DNA from: Octopus bimaculoides | Lineage: Eukaryota | DNA length: 64,000 nucleotides | Assembly (NCBI RefSeq): GCF_001194135.2 | Contig: NC_068981.1 | Span: 130,640,117 to 130,704,116, forward strand | Reading direction: 5' to 3' | In this document: one piece after another, positions 63,554 through 64,000 of the stretch | Numbering within the stretch: position 1 is the stretch's first letter | How the letters are laid out: each line of letters opens with the position of its first letter | Program-made: the position numbers and the translations under genes | Notes under the pieces: generated by a model | Database searches by the model: none | What the model was told of the DNA's origin: nothing | The model's input: only the letters and a program-made list of their open reading frames with translations

Positions 63554-63778
63554 TAACCCATCTACTATTGCGGGGGTTAGGTTCCAAAACCTCCTACAGA
63601 AACAATTAAAATGCCAGAAAATATAAATATCTATTGGCCGCAGAATCCAGGACATACTGAGGAGTTTGTAATATAAATTTACAAATACTAGCCAGAGAAA
63701 TCTGTGATGTATTGAGTGTGTGATAGGTGAAGCACAGAGTGTGTGATAAATGAACCACGATATGGTGAGGGATTACTG
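63551..63778. mobile_element. Tigger-type MITE
   Basis: TA|cagtaacccatctactattgcggggg ... aaccacgatatggtgagggattactg|TA imperfect TIRs. Confidence 0.75.
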
Positions 63779-63794
63779 TATGTAAAATAGGTGT

Positions 63795-63945
63795 AGGCAC
63801 AGCGGTATGCTAAGAAGCTTACTTCCCAACTACATAGTTCCAGATTCAGTCCCACCATGTGGCACCTTGGGCAAGTGTCTTCTACTATAGCCCAGGCCTT
63901 GTGAGCGGATTTGGTAGATGGTAACTAAAAGAAGTCCATTGTGTA

Positions 63946-63950
<5 letters not shown>
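63795..63950 (+). mobile_element. CORE-like SINE (family A), 5' half
   Basis: aagaagcttacttcccaactac...ggcaccttgggcaagtgtcttctactatagcc. Confidence 0.87.

Positions 63951-64000
<50 letters not shown>

Noticed and set aside
1382-63655. Many long ORFs rich in [16 protein letters not shown] or X
   Set aside because: They are translations of microsatellites and N-runs, not proteins.

Overview
AT-rich, repeat-dense animal genomic DNA from a gapped draft assembly. It has many N-runs, and several 10-N gaps are flanked by duplicated sequence. The SINE/LINE repertoire matches my recollection of Octopus (inference, not database-checked). There is no prokaryotic content, CRISPR array, rRNA or genuine tRNA gene. 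The only well-supported host coding sequence is a minus-strand exon encoding one divergent, glycosylated CUB domain (23654-23262/23266). A 34-nt phase-compatible exon probably precedes it (24006-23973). A CpG-retaining domain at about 30.3-40.4 kb may hold its promoter or 5' exons. The rest is transposon debris: two RTE LINE lineages, a Hero-like fragment, a mariner relic, hAT/Tigger/Tc1/piggyBac-type MITEs, four SINE families and microsatellites. The most unusual signal is a set of unrelated small elements carrying minimal type-I hammerhead ribozyme cores. They include a near-intact one inside a 310-bp insertion with a 12-bp target duplication (6328-6637) and a palindromic element with two inverted hammerheads (57018-57321). 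Most repeat boundaries were placed by eye and are approximate.
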